DNA of 64,000 bases from Bacilli bacterium. GTDB taxonomy: Bacteria > Bacillota_I > Bacilli_A > RF39 > UBA660. A program made the position numbers and the translations under genes. Numbering within the stretch: the stretch's first letter is position 1; every line of letters begins with the position of its first letter. Shown in pieces: positions 41,319-50,537 of this stretch. The DNA lies in NCBI GenBank assembly GCA_900772415.1, contig CAAHEC010000058.1, forward strand, positions 4,762 to 68,761, in the 5' to 3' direction. The notes beneath the pieces were generated by a model. That model was given only the letters and a program-made list of their open reading frames with translations. It was not told where the DNA came from and made no database searches.

Positions 41319-42608
41319 ATGAAAGTTGCGGTATATACTTTGGGTTGTAAAGTTAATACTTATGAGAGTGAGTATGTTATAAAAGAATTTTTAAAAAGAG
41401 GATATACTTTAACTGATTTTTCTGATGAAAACGCAGATATTTATTTAATAAATACTTGTACTGTTACTAATACAAGTGATCAAAAGTCAAGAAAAATGAT
41501 AAGACAAGCAAGAAAGAAAAATAAAGATGCGGTAGTAGTTGCAATGGGGTGTTTTACTCAAATAAGAAACAATGATAATCAAATTATGGATTTTGTTGAT
41601 GTAGTAATTGGCAATAAAGATAAAAGTAGAATAGTTGATTTAACTGAAGAATTCATCAAAAATAAAAGAAAAATTGCGAATATAGAAGACATTAATGAAG
41701 CAGATTTTGACGATATGGAAATTAGCTATTTTAATACTAGAACAAGAGCTTTGGTAAAGATAGAAGATGGTTGTGAAAACTTCTGTTCATATTGCATTAT
41801 TCCTTATGTAAGAGGACGTGTTAGAAGTAAAAGGCCAGAAAAAGTAATAGATGAAGTTAAACGTTTAGTTAATAATGGTTATAAAGAAATTGTTTTAACA
41901 GGAATTCATACTGGACACTATGGAGCAGATTTAAAAGATTATGACTTTAGTGATTTACTACTTGAACTAGAAAAGATAGATAATCTTGATAGAATTAGAA
42001 TTTCTTCTATTGAAATAACGGAGTTAAATGATAAGTTTTTAAGTGTTTTAAAAAAATCTAAAAAAATTGTTAATCATATTCATATACCACTTCAAGCTGG
42101 AAGCGATCACATTCTAAAACTTATGAATCGTAAATATGATAAGAAATACTATTTAGATAAGATAAATAAAATAAGAAAAATAAGACCGGATATGGCATTT
42201 ACAACCGATGTAATAGTAGGATTTCCTTTAGAAAGTGATTATGATTTTAATGAGACTATAGCTTTCGTAAAAGAAGTTTCTTTTGCAGGAGGACATGTTT
42301 TTCCTTATTCTAGAAGAAATGGTACTCCTGCTGCTAAAATGAAAGGCCAAATAACAAAGGAAGAAAAACATATTAGGTGTAAAAAATTAATAAGCGTATT
42401 TGATAGTTTAGAAGAGGAATACTACAAAAAGCATATTGGATGCACTTTAACAGTAATTGCAGAAACCTATCAAGATGGTACTTTAACAGGTCATACTGAT
42501 AATTATTTAAAAGTTAGATTCAAGGGCTCAGAAAAGCTTTTAGGCCTTGAAGTAAATGTTAAATTGAGTGAATATAAAGATAAGATGTTATTTGGCGAAG
42601 TAGAATAA
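41319..42608 (+). CDS. mtaB: tRNA (N6-threonylcarbamoyladenosine37-C2)-methylthiotransferase MtaB
   Basis: UPF0004 N-domain (YTLGCKVN), radical SAM CENFCSYCIIP, TRAM C-terminus. rsmE-mtaB synteny. Confidence 0.85.
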   Translation: MKVAVYTLGCKVNTYESEYVIKEFLKRGYTLTDFSDENADIYLINTCTVTNTSDQKSRKMIRQARKKNKDAVVVAMGCFTQIRNNDNQIMDFVDVVIGNKDKSRIVDLTEEFIKNKRKIANIEDINEADFDDMEISYFNTRTRALVKIEDGCENFCSYCIIPYVRGRVRSKRPEKVIDEVKRLVNNGYKEIVLTGIHTGHYGADLKDYDFSDLLLELEKIDNLDRIRISSIEITELNDKFLSVLKKSKKIVNHIHIPLQAGSDHILKLMNRKYDKKYYLDKINKIRKIRPDMAFTTDVIVGFPLESDYDFNETIAFVKEVSFAGGHVFPYSRRNGTPAAKMKGQITKEEKHIRCKKLISVFDSLEEEYYKKHIGCTLTVIAETYQDGTLTGHTDNYLKVRFKGSEKLLGLEVNVKLSEYKDKMLFGEVE

Positions 42609-42634
42609 AAAATGCTATGACATTATAAAATCTG

Positions 42635-42669
42635 AAAAAAAACACTAAAAAATAATTAGTGTTTTTTTA
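42635..42669 (+). terminator. Intrinsic terminator after mtaB
   Basis: 13-bp stem 42636-42648 / 42656-42668 (aaaaaaacactaa / ttagtgttttttt). Confidence 0.7.
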
Positions 42670-42688
42670 TGATTCAATAAAATTTTAA

Positions 42689-43042
42689 AAAAAATACATA
42701 TTAAAAGAACTAGAACATTTCTTTTTAGGTTTTGGCTTTACATTAGTCTTAAAATATGATAATAAAAATTATTATGTAGACTTATTACTGTTTAATAAAG
42801 AACTTAACAGATACATAGTATGTGAACTTAAACTTGATGAAATAAGGCCGGCAGATGTTGTGCAGACGAAAGTATATATGATGCTGACTGATAAGCTTTT
42901 AAAAGGAAGATTTCATAACGAAACAATAGGCATTATAATAACTGATAAAAATGGCAAGTTAGCATTAGAATACGTAAGTGATCTTAATATATTTATTATA
43001 ACATACAAACTAAATAGCAAAATAAAGATGGTTAATACTTAA
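42689..43042 (+). pseudogene. Remnant of a YhcG/DUF1016-type PDDEXK nuclease (C-terminal ~115 aa only, no start codon)
   Basis: The frame is open from 42689: ...LEHFFLGFGFTLVLKYDNKNYYVDLLLFNKELNRYIVCELKLDEIRPADVVQTKVYM...ETIGIIITDKNGKLALEYV matches the D...ELK nuclease core of DUF1016. The N-terminal ~200 aa are missing. Confidence 0.65.
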
Positions 43043-43083
43043 GAAATGTGATAAAATAAATTAGCAAGGTTAGGAGGTAAAAT

Positions 43084-45276
43084 ATGGAAACGTACATAAA
43101 AGGGACATATAAAAGATGCATATTTTCTTCTAATGATGGATATACTATTGGCCTTGTTAAAATCAAAGAAACTAACGATCAAGATTTATTAGAATACATA
43201 GGAAAGCAATTTACTTTTACAGGTTTATTTGCTGGATTAAATATAGATGAAGATTATACTTTCTATGGAAATACAATTGATAATCCAAAATATGGTATTC
43301 AGTATAAAGTAAATAGATATGAAAAACTAATGCCAGAAGATAAGGACGGTCTTATTATATTTTTATCTAGTGACATATTTCCTAAAGTAGGTGAAAAAAC
43401 AGCTGAAAAAATAGTGGATACGCTTGGTAATGATTGTTTAAGTATGATATCTAATGATTATGAGTGCTTACTTAAAGTACCTAAAATGACAGAACAAAAG
43501 GCAATTGATATACAAAGAAATTTAAATAAATATAATGAGAGTTATGAAACGGTTGTTTATCTAACTAATTTTGGCTTTAACATGAAAGATGCTCTTAAAA
43601 TATATAATCATTATCTAGAAGATACAATAAGGGTAATTGAAAATAATCCGTATGAACTAATTGATACGATCGATACTATTACTTTTAATAAGATAGATTC
43701 TTTAAGAAATAAAACTAATGTTAAAGAAGATGATGAAAGAAGACTGCTTGCTCTTATTATTAATACAATGAAAAATGCTTGTTTTGAAACTGGTGATACA
43801 TATTTAGAGTTAAGTACAATTTATAATGCTGTTAGAATGGTTTATGAAGAAATAACAGAAGAAAAATTAAATTATTATTTAATGGAATTAAATAGTTTGG
43901 GTAAAATAATTATTGAAGATAATAAATGCATATTATCTAGTTACTATAACTGTGAAGATTATGTTGCTTCCTTAGTGTATGAATTAAGTAATAGAAAAGA
44001 TATAAAAATAAATGACATAGATATAAAAATAGAAAGACTAGAGAATTTTTTTGATATAAAATATAATAATGAGCAAAAAAAAGCAATAAAACAAGCTTTA
44101 ATTAAAAATTTTTCAATAATAACAGGAGGACCAGGTACAGGTAAGACAACTATAATAAAAGGTATTACTCAAGGATATAAAATGATAAGTGGTTATTCAT
44201 TTGATAAACTTAAAGAAAGAATGATTTTACTTGCACCGACTGGACGAGCAGCTAAAAGAATGAGTGAAGCGTGCTTATATCCAGCATCCACAATACATAG
44301 ATATTTAAGATGGAATAAGGAAACTTTGGAATTTGGTTATAATGAAACGAATAAATGTAAAGCAGAGTTTGTAATAGTTGATGAAACAAGCATGATAGAT
44401 ATAGAATTGATGTGTAGTTTATTCAAAGCACTGCCAATGAATGTAAAAGTTGTTTTTATAGGTGATTATAATCAATTGGAAAGTGTAGGGCCAGGTAATG
44501 TATTAAAAGATTTAATAAAATCAGATATGATAAATACAATAATCTTAAAGGAAATATATAGACAAGATCAAAATTCTTATATAACGGAGCTAGCTTATTT
44601 AGTAAATAAGGGTGAACTAACCGAAGATTTTTTGGAAAAAAAAGATGACTATAATTTTATAAAATGTGATAGTAAAGATATTTTAAAAGGAGTAACAGAT
44701 GTTTGCAAATTAGCTATAAAAAAAGGATATGATTTAAAAAATGTCCAGGTTTTAGCACCTATGTATAAAGGGATAAATGGTATTGATAATTTAAATAAAG
44801 TTCTTCAAAAAGTTTTTAATCCCAAGGATGATAGTAAAAATGAAGTTTTTGATGCTGATGTAATTTATAGAGAAGGAGATAAAATCTTACAGTTAGAAAA
44901 TATGCCTGATGACAATGTTTTCAATGGTGATATTGGTTTTATAAAAAAAATAAGTGGAAGTGAAATAACTGTTTCGTTTGATGGTAACATGGTAAAATAT
45001 AGTCCAAAAGATTACAAGGCTATTAAACATGGATATGCAATAAGTGTTCATAAATCGCAGGGAAGTGAGTTTGAAATAGTTGTTATGCCAATTGTAAAAG
45101 AATATAGAATAATGCTATATAAAAAATTAGTTTATACAGCAATTACTCGAGCTAAAAAATCTCTTATTTTACTAGGAGATCCACTTTCTTTTTCTAAGGC
45201 TGTATATAATAAAGGAAATAAGGAAAGAAATACTCTTTTAAAAGAAAGACTTGAAAGTAAAATTATAAGTATATAA
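43084..45276 (+). CDS. recD2: ATP-dependent RecD-like DNA helicase (RecD2)
   Basis: SF1 motifs GGPGTGKTT, LLAPTGRAAKR, VDETSM, GDYNQLESVGPG, HKSQGSEF, YTAITRAK. 730 aa. Confidence 0.9.
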   Translation: METYIKGTYKRCIFSSNDGYTIGLVKIKETNDQDLLEYIGKQFTFTGLFAGLNIDEDYTFYGNTIDNPKYGIQYKVNRYEKLMPEDKDGLIIFLSSDIFPKVGEKTAEKIVDTLGNDCLSMISNDYECLLKVPKMTEQKAIDIQRNLNKYNESYETVVYLTNFGFNMKDALKIYNHYLEDTIRVIENNPYELIDTIDTITFNKIDSLRNKTNVKEDDERRLLALIINTMKNACFETGDTYLELSTIYNAVRMVYEEITEEKLNYYLMELNSLGKIIIEDNKCILSSYYNCEDYVASLVYELSNRKDIKINDIDIKIERLENFFDIKYNNEQKKAIKQALIKNFSIITGGPGTGKTTIIKGITQGYKMISGYSFDKLKERMILLAPTGRAAKRMSEACLYPASTIHRYLRWNKETLEFGYNETNKCKAEFVIVDETSMIDIELMCSLFKALPMNVKVVFIGDYNQLESVGPGNVLKDLIKSDMINTIILKEIYRQDQNSYITELAYLVNKGELTEDFLEKKDDYNFIKCDSKDILKGVTDVCKLAIKKGYDLKNVQVLAPMYKGINGIDNLNKVLQKVFNPKDDSKNEVFDADVIYREGDKILQLENMPDDNVFNGDIGFIKKISGSEITVSFDGNMVKYSPKDYKAIKHGYAISVHKSQGSEFEIVVMPIVKEYRIMLYKKLVYTAITRAKKSLILLGDPLSFSKAVYNKGNKERNTLLKERLESKIISI

Positions 45277-45350
45277 ATAAAATTATTTAACATAATAATA
45301 ATGGCATTAAAATGTATGCCACATTCATATTTTTGTTAAGAGGTGAAATA

Positions 45351-45512
45351 ATGAAAGCACTAAATAATCTTGGATGGATGCTTTTAGGTGTAGCCGTTGG
45401 ATCTGGAGCATTATATTGTTATAATGAATGCTCATGTAATGGAGGTATCAAGCAAACCATAAATAAGGTTAAGAAAAACGCAAGTAAAAAATTAGAAAAT
45501 ATGATGGATTAG
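45351..45512 (+). CDS. Small membrane protein (YtxH-like?)
   Basis: 53 aa starting at ATG 45351 (RBS agaggtg). GWMLLGVAVGSGALY Gly-rich helix. Confidence 0.4.
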   Translation: MKALNNLGWMLLGVAVGSGALYCYNECSCNGGIKQTINKVKKNASKKLENMMD

Positions 45513-45531
45513 TAGTTTTTAGCTACATAAA

Positions 45532-45560
45532 AAAACGGTAAAAATATTTTGCCGTTTTTT
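45532..45560 (+). terminator. Intrinsic terminator
   Basis: 12-bp stem aaaacggtaaaa / ttttgccgtttt (one G-U pair), 3-nt loop, T-run. Confidence 0.75.
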
Positions 45561-45597
45561 GTTTAAATATGCTATACTATAATTAGGAGGTAATAAT

Positions 45598-46164
45598 ATG
45601 AACATAGAAAGGAAAATAAAAAAAACATTCAATTTATCACTTTTAACTTCAATAGTATTTGTTATAATAGGATTATTTCTATTTATAAAGCCAGATACTA
45701 CATTATCTGTAATATCTTATGTAATAGGATCTATTTTAATTATAAGTGGAATAGCATCAGGTTATAGATATTTTTCAGAGAAGGGAGTATTAAGTATTTT
45801 TAGCTTTGATTTAGTTTACGGAGTATTACTTTTAATATCAGGAATATTTCTAGTAGTAAGACCTGATTTATTATCAGTCTTATTTCCAATTATACTTGGC
45901 ATATGGATAATAATAAATAGTATTATTAAATTTCAATATGCCCTTGTTTTAAAGAAAATCAAAAACGAAGACTTTATATATACTACCTTGATTTCATTTT
46001 TAACTCTTATTTGGGGAATTGTGTTATTATATAATCCATTTAAGACTGCTTTATTAGTAACCCAAACAATAGGTGTATTTATAATTGTATATGCTGTTTT
46101 GGATATAATTGATAATTTTATAATTAGAAAAAACGTTAATGAAATTATAAAAATTTTTAAATAA
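45598..46164 (+). CDS. HdeD/DUF308-family membrane protein
   Basis: 188 aa, six predicted TM helices with repeated G-x-hydrophobic-ISGI patterns typical of DUF308. Confidence 0.55.
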   Translation: MNIERKIKKTFNLSLLTSIVFVIIGLFLFIKPDTTLSVISYVIGSILIISGIASGYRYFSEKGVLSIFSFDLVYGVLLLISGIFLVVRPDLLSVLFPIILGIWIIINSIIKFQYALVLKKIKNEDFIYTTLISFLTLIWGIVLLYNPFKTALLVTQTIGVFIIVYAVLDIIDNFIIRKNVNEIIKIFK

Positions 46165-46185
46165 TTTTATAAAGGTAAAAAACTT

Positions 46186-47841
46186 ATGAGAAAGAAAAAT
46201 GGCTTCACCTTAGTAGAGATAATAATAGCAATAATGCTTGTTATTTCTGTCATTACATTAACTATTATAAACACAGTAAGAATAAGTAAAAAAAAGAAAG
46301 AAGAGTCTTATAATCTTGTTGTTAAACAAATTTTAGTTGCAGCAGAAAGCTATTTAGAAGATAATAATTTTTATAAAGAAAATTTAACAGATTCTAATTA
46401 TATAGATATTTCTCTTGGCAAACTTATAAAAGATGATTATTTAAATGTAACAACGAATCCAATTACAAATAAAAAATTTGATAAATGTAATTATGTAAAA
46501 GTAACAAAAAGGAATAATGAAAAACTTAAATATGTTTTTAGGGATAACGAAAAAAATTGTAATGATAATAATTTTGTTAAAGTGTCTCCAAGTATTTCTT
46601 TGAATGTAGAAGGTAAAAAAGGCTTAAATGGGTGGTATAAGTATAATACTGATGAAAATCCAGGAGTTTTAATTGATATTAATGCAATTGACAAAATATC
46701 TGGAATAGCAAGCATTGAAATAAAAACAAATGAAGGATATAAAAAACTTGAAATGAATCCATTAAGGGATAAGAAAGGAGCATACTCAGTAGATAATTTT
46801 TCTTATTCTAAAACAACTAATTGGAAAAAGGTGTGCTATAGGGCAACTAATCATTCTGGGGTATATAATGAGACCTGTGCTAAATTAAAAGTAGATGCTA
46901 ATTTACCTAGTTGTGAATTAAGTGTCATAGGAGATAAAAAGGATGATAATACGTATGTTTACTATACTTCTAATTTGTTTCATATTAACTTAAAATTGCC
47001 ACAGGTTATACTTTCTTACTCTGATATTGGTAGTGGAGTTTATACTAAAACTATATCTAACGATTATAATTTAAAAAATGCAAATTATAATCCTAAAAAA
47101 TTATATACTCAAGGGTCAAAGAAAAATGCACATTGGTCGGGATCGGTAATGGATTATGCTGGAAATTTAAATACATGTAATAAAGAATTTAGTGTTGAAG
47201 AACAAAAACTAACCGAAGCTTTATCAAAAGATTATTGTGGTAGAGCTTATGGTACATCAACTGTTTGGACTAATGAAAATAGGACTATAACTCAAGATTT
47301 TAATAAAACTCTTAGTTCTAAGAAAAAATCTATAACAAAAACATTTAATGTAACAACGAAAACAGGTACTATTTCAAATGGTAATATAAATTGTACTGTA
47401 AATGTATATGTTGATAAAAATAAGCCCGAATTTGATTATATTAATATTTCTAATAATACTGTTAGGTTATATCAGTGGGATAGCTATGGAAATCAAATAT
47501 TGTCCAAAGATATTTATGTTGTAAAACAAAGTAATGGAAAATATTATGGAGAAGCATGTGTTTTAAATAAACCAGGTTATTTTGACATAAGAGATTATGA
47601 TATAATAGCTAAAGATGAAGAAAGTGGTATTAATAATAATAGTTATGAAACTACGTGGAATTATTATAGTTTAAGTAAAAATAAGGAAATTGGGGCACAA
47701 TGTCTAAAATCAGCTGGTGATAATCCTTGCTTAATGAAAGAACATGTATATGTTTACGATAATGCGGGTAATATAAGCGATGATATTGGTAAATTAGAAA
47801 TTAAAATTGGTTATAAAAGTATCGATAATTTTTGTAGGTAA
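46186..47841 (+). CDS. Large modular type IV pilin-like protein (pilin module plus Ig-like surface modules)
   Basis: Class III signal peptide MRKKNG|FTLVEIIIAIML. Pilin module about aa 1-135. Downstream modules show GW(Y), D..SGI and DxAGN signatures (MDYAGN, YDNAGN). 551 aa. Confidence 0.8.
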   Translation: MRKKNGFTLVEIIIAIMLVISVITLTIINTVRISKKKKEESYNLVVKQILVAAESYLEDNNFYKENLTDSNYIDISLGKLIKDDYLNVTTNPITNKKFDKCNYVKVTKRNNEKLKYVFRDNEKNCNDNNFVKVSPSISLNVEGKKGLNGWYKYNTDENPGVLIDINAIDKISGIASIEIKTNEGYKKLEMNPLRDKKGAYSVDNFSYSKTTNWKKVCYRATNHSGVYNETCAKLKVDANLPSCELSVIGDKKDDNTYVYYTSNLFHINLKLPQVILSYSDIGSGVYTKTISNDYNLKNANYNPKKLYTQGSKKNAHWSGSVMDYAGNLNTCNKEFSVEEQKLTEALSKDYCGRAYGTSTVWTNENRTITQDFNKTLSSKKKSITKTFNVTTKTGTISNGNINCTVNVYVDKNKPEFDYINISNNTVRLYQWDSYGNQILSKDIYVVKQSNGKYYGEACVLNKPGYFDIRDYDIIAKDEESGINNNSYETTWNYYSLSKNKEIGAQCLKSAGDNPCLMKEHVYVYDNAGNISDDIGKLEIKIGYKSIDNFCR

Positions 47842-47856
47842 CAAAGGAGATAATTT

Positions 47857-49710
47857 ATGAAAAATAAAAATGGTTTCACTCTTATAGAATTGTTAGTAGT
47901 AATAGTATTGGTAATATCTTTACTTTCTATTTCAATAATAAGTTCTGTAAAAATAAGTGAAAGAAAGAAATTAGAGGCTTATAAGGAAGTCGTAAAAGAA
48001 ATAGAAGTTGCAGCACAACAATATTTTAGTTCAAAAGAGTATTTGTTCGAAGGAATAGAGGGAGACTCTTTTGGAAAAATAACCTTGCAAAAACTAGTTA
48101 GTGAGGATTATTTGAATAAGGTAACTGATCCTAGAACGGGTAAGTCAATTAATTTATGCAATTATGTAGAAATAAAAAGAACATCCGATGGCATTATAAA
48201 GTCATCTTATAAAGATGAAAATAGTAATGTAAAAACTTGTCCTGATTCAAATAAATCTATCGTATACCAGTATGGTGGACCAAAACTTGAATTAGATATT
48301 AATGGAACTTATGGTAATAATGGTTGGTTTATTAGTAAACCAATATCAACTTTAATTGTAGATAACCAAGGTAATGGAGAAATAATAAGTATTAAAAAAA
48401 GAGTTAATAATGAAAATAGAAGTGTAAATCTAGAAAGAATTAACCAACAAAAGCAAAAAGAAGTAACTATAATTAATGATACGAAAAAAGATTACATAAT
48501 GTATGAAGTAACGAATGAATATGGTAAAATTGCAAGGGCAGAAATCACTTTAAAAGTAGATACCAAAGCTCCTAAAGTAGAAATTAATATGGAAAATAGT
48601 AACTGGACCAATAAAGAAGTAAAGTATACTTTTAGTGCTTCTGATGAATTTTCGCTTTCAAGTATACAAACTTACTGGAATATGTATGGTCTATCACAAC
48701 AAAAGGCTGAAAAAGATGAGTACAGATGGAATAATAATACAAAAAAATATAATAATAGTAGTGTTAAGGAGAACTGGGGAGGAACTTGGAGCAAAAATTT
48801 AAGCATCAATACTGATAATTCAAATGAGATAGTGTTTAATGGTGGTGGAAGCTTTAAAAATGTTTATAGTAATGCGGGATATAGGAAAATAAGGGCAAAA
48901 GCCTGTGATGATGCTGGTAATTGTTCTTATAGCCGAGAGGGAATCGCAAAAATAGATATAAGTGCACCTGATATAACTCCATATGTTTCAAATTCTAATT
49001 GGACAAATCAAGTTATAACTTATGGATACAAGAATCTAAAAGATGATTTATCTGGTGTTGATAGTGTTGTACTTTATGCTAATGCTCATTCACTTACGGA
49101 TGATCTTGCAAATAGTCAAAATTTTAGCTGGAATGGTAGTTCATATAATAATGGGTCTGTAAATGGAGCATCATTAGTTATAGATAATTCTTATACTGCA
49201 AATTTACAGTATCAAGGGTCTAGAAGAATAAAATTCAAAGTTTGTGATAAGGTTGGAAATTGTAGGTATAGTGATGAAATTATAGCTAAATATGAAAAAA
49301 CAATCACTATGGATATAGAAGATAAAACAAAAGATTCTAGAAATAATAAGGGTAACCTAGCTTTTAATGGTACTGATGGTTTACAATATTTTACAGAAAT
49401 TACTTCTAATCCAGATCCTAGTCATTTTGATCCGACAGCATCAGGAAATGATTGCAATGGAGTAAACAAATGTTATTATGCAAAAATATGCAAAAATATT
49501 GGTGGCTTTGATATTTGGTTTAATATCGATTCTATATCTGCTGGAAAATTAGAGATTACTGATGATGCTACTGATAAATCTAGATGGTATGGTGAATGTC
49601 ATAAAAAGACTTGTAGATATTATCGCTATGATTATACTTATACATCCCCTGCTGGTAACAAAGCTACTGTAAGAACGTTTGAGGACTATAGTACTTATTG
49701 TGGTTACTAA
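47857..49710 (+). CDS. Large modular type IV pilin-like protein, paralogue (pilin module plus duplicated Ig-like modules plus Cys-rich C-terminus)
   Basis: MKNKNG|FTLIELLVVIVL. The pilin module is similar to that of 46186..47841. Two internal ~130-aa repeats (APKVEINMENSNWTNKEV...CDDAGNC / APDITPYVSNSNWTNQVI...CDKVGNC). 617 aa. Confidence 0.8.
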   Translation: MKNKNGFTLIELLVVIVLVISLLSISIISSVKISERKKLEAYKEVVKEIEVAAQQYFSSKEYLFEGIEGDSFGKITLQKLVSEDYLNKVTDPRTGKSINLCNYVEIKRTSDGIIKSSYKDENSNVKTCPDSNKSIVYQYGGPKLELDINGTYGNNGWFISKPISTLIVDNQGNGEIISIKKRVNNENRSVNLERINQQKQKEVTIINDTKKDYIMYEVTNEYGKIARAEITLKVDTKAPKVEINMENSNWTNKEVKYTFSASDEFSLSSIQTYWNMYGLSQQKAEKDEYRWNNNTKKYNNSSVKENWGGTWSKNLSINTDNSNEIVFNGGGSFKNVYSNAGYRKIRAKACDDAGNCSYSREGIAKIDISAPDITPYVSNSNWTNQVITYGYKNLKDDLSGVDSVVLYANAHSLTDDLANSQNFSWNGSSYNNGSVNGASLVIDNSYTANLQYQGSRRIKFKVCDKVGNCRYSDEIIAKYEKTITMDIEDKTKDSRNNKGNLAFNGTDGLQYFTEITSNPDPSHFDPTASGNDCNGVNKCYYAKICKNIGGFDIWFNIDSISAGKLEITDDATDKSRWYGECHKKTCRYYRYDYTYTSPAGNKATVRTFEDYSTYCGY

Positions 49711-49725
49711 ATTATTTAGTATAAG

Positions 49726-49754
49726 TTGCATTTTAGAACAAAATCTTATATAAT
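49726..49754 (+). promoter_or_regulatory. SigA-type promoter of the alaS-operon leader
   Basis: ttgcat (49726-49731), 17-nt spacer, tataat (49749-49754). Confidence 0.7.
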
Positions 49755-49769
49755 ATGTTTATATTTAAA

Positions 49770-49976
49770 TTCGTTAATGAAAAATTAGTAGGTAATGAAG
49801 TCTTTAAAGAGAGCTAATGTATGGTGTGAGTTAGTATGACTATTTACTGAAGCTATTTTCATAGAAGTAGTTAATAGCTACCGGGTAAAACCGTTATTAA
49901 AATTAAGAAAAAATTAGGATGGTACCACGACTCTTCGTTCCTAGAAAGAGGATTGGTGCCATTTTTATTTTAAGGA
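49770..49976 (+). promoter_or_regulatory. T-box leader (tRNA-Ala responsive) with terminator
   Basis: AGAGA (49808-49812) plus ggtg. Candidate specifier GCU at 49852-49854 followed by A. T-box aggatggtaccacg (49916-49929) with bulge tggU matching A73. Terminator ggtacca...tggtgcc plus T-run (49921-49976). Confidence 0.85.
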
Positions 49977-49982
49977 GGATAT

Positions 49983-50537
49983 ATGAACTTTGAAAAACAT
50001 AATACTAAAATATTTATAGCAGCTGGAAAAGCAAACTCAGGTAAAGATACTACGTGTGAGTTAATTGGTAATTATATTAAATTAAAGGGTTTGAGAGTGG
50101 TTAATTTACAGTTTTCTTCTTATATTAAGATGTATGCTAAAGAAATAACTGGTTGGAATGGTAGTGAAGATACTAAACCAAGAAGCTTACTTCAGGAACT
50201 TGGAACTGACATTATTAGGAAAAAAATTAATGAAGATTTTTTTATTAATAGAATAATTGATGATATAAAGATTTATTCTTATTATTTTGATGTTATAACA
50301 ATAAGTGATGCAAGGTTTCCTAAAGAACTAGATTCCATAAAAAATAATTTTAATAATGTGTATAAGATAAATATTAAAAGACCAAACTTTGAAAATAATT
50401 TAAATGAAGTTCAAAAAGCGCATGAAACAGAAACGGCACTTGATAATTACAATGATTATGATTATGTATTAGTAAATGATGAAACTATTAATGATTTAAA
50501 TGATAAAATAAAACAAATAGTAGATAAGGTGATATAA
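49983..50537 (+). CDS. Phage T4 gp1-like deoxynucleotide monophosphate kinase family protein
   Basis: P-loop AAGKANSGKDTT (T4 gp1 has SGVKRSGKDTT), LLQELGTDIIR (gp1 LMQALGTDLI), ISDARFPKE (gp1 VPDTRQDHE), AHETE (gp1 THITE), VNDETINDL (gp1 TNDGSLEEL). The stop abuts the alaS ATG. Confidence 0.65.
   Translation: MNFEKHNTKIFIAAGKANSGKDTTCELIGNYIKLKGLRVVNLQFSSYIKMYAKEITGWNGSEDTKPRSLLQELGTDIIRKKINEDFFINRIIDDIKIYSYYFDVITISDARFPKELDSIKNNFNNVYKINIKRPNFENNLNEVQKAHETETALDNYNDYDYVLVNDETINDLNDKIKQIVDKVI

Noticed and set aside
42860-43042. The 60-aa ORF in the track might be an independent gene.
   Set aside because: It is the in-frame tail of a longer start-less reading frame that matches the C-terminus of DUF1016 nucleases, so it is treated as a pseudogene fragment.
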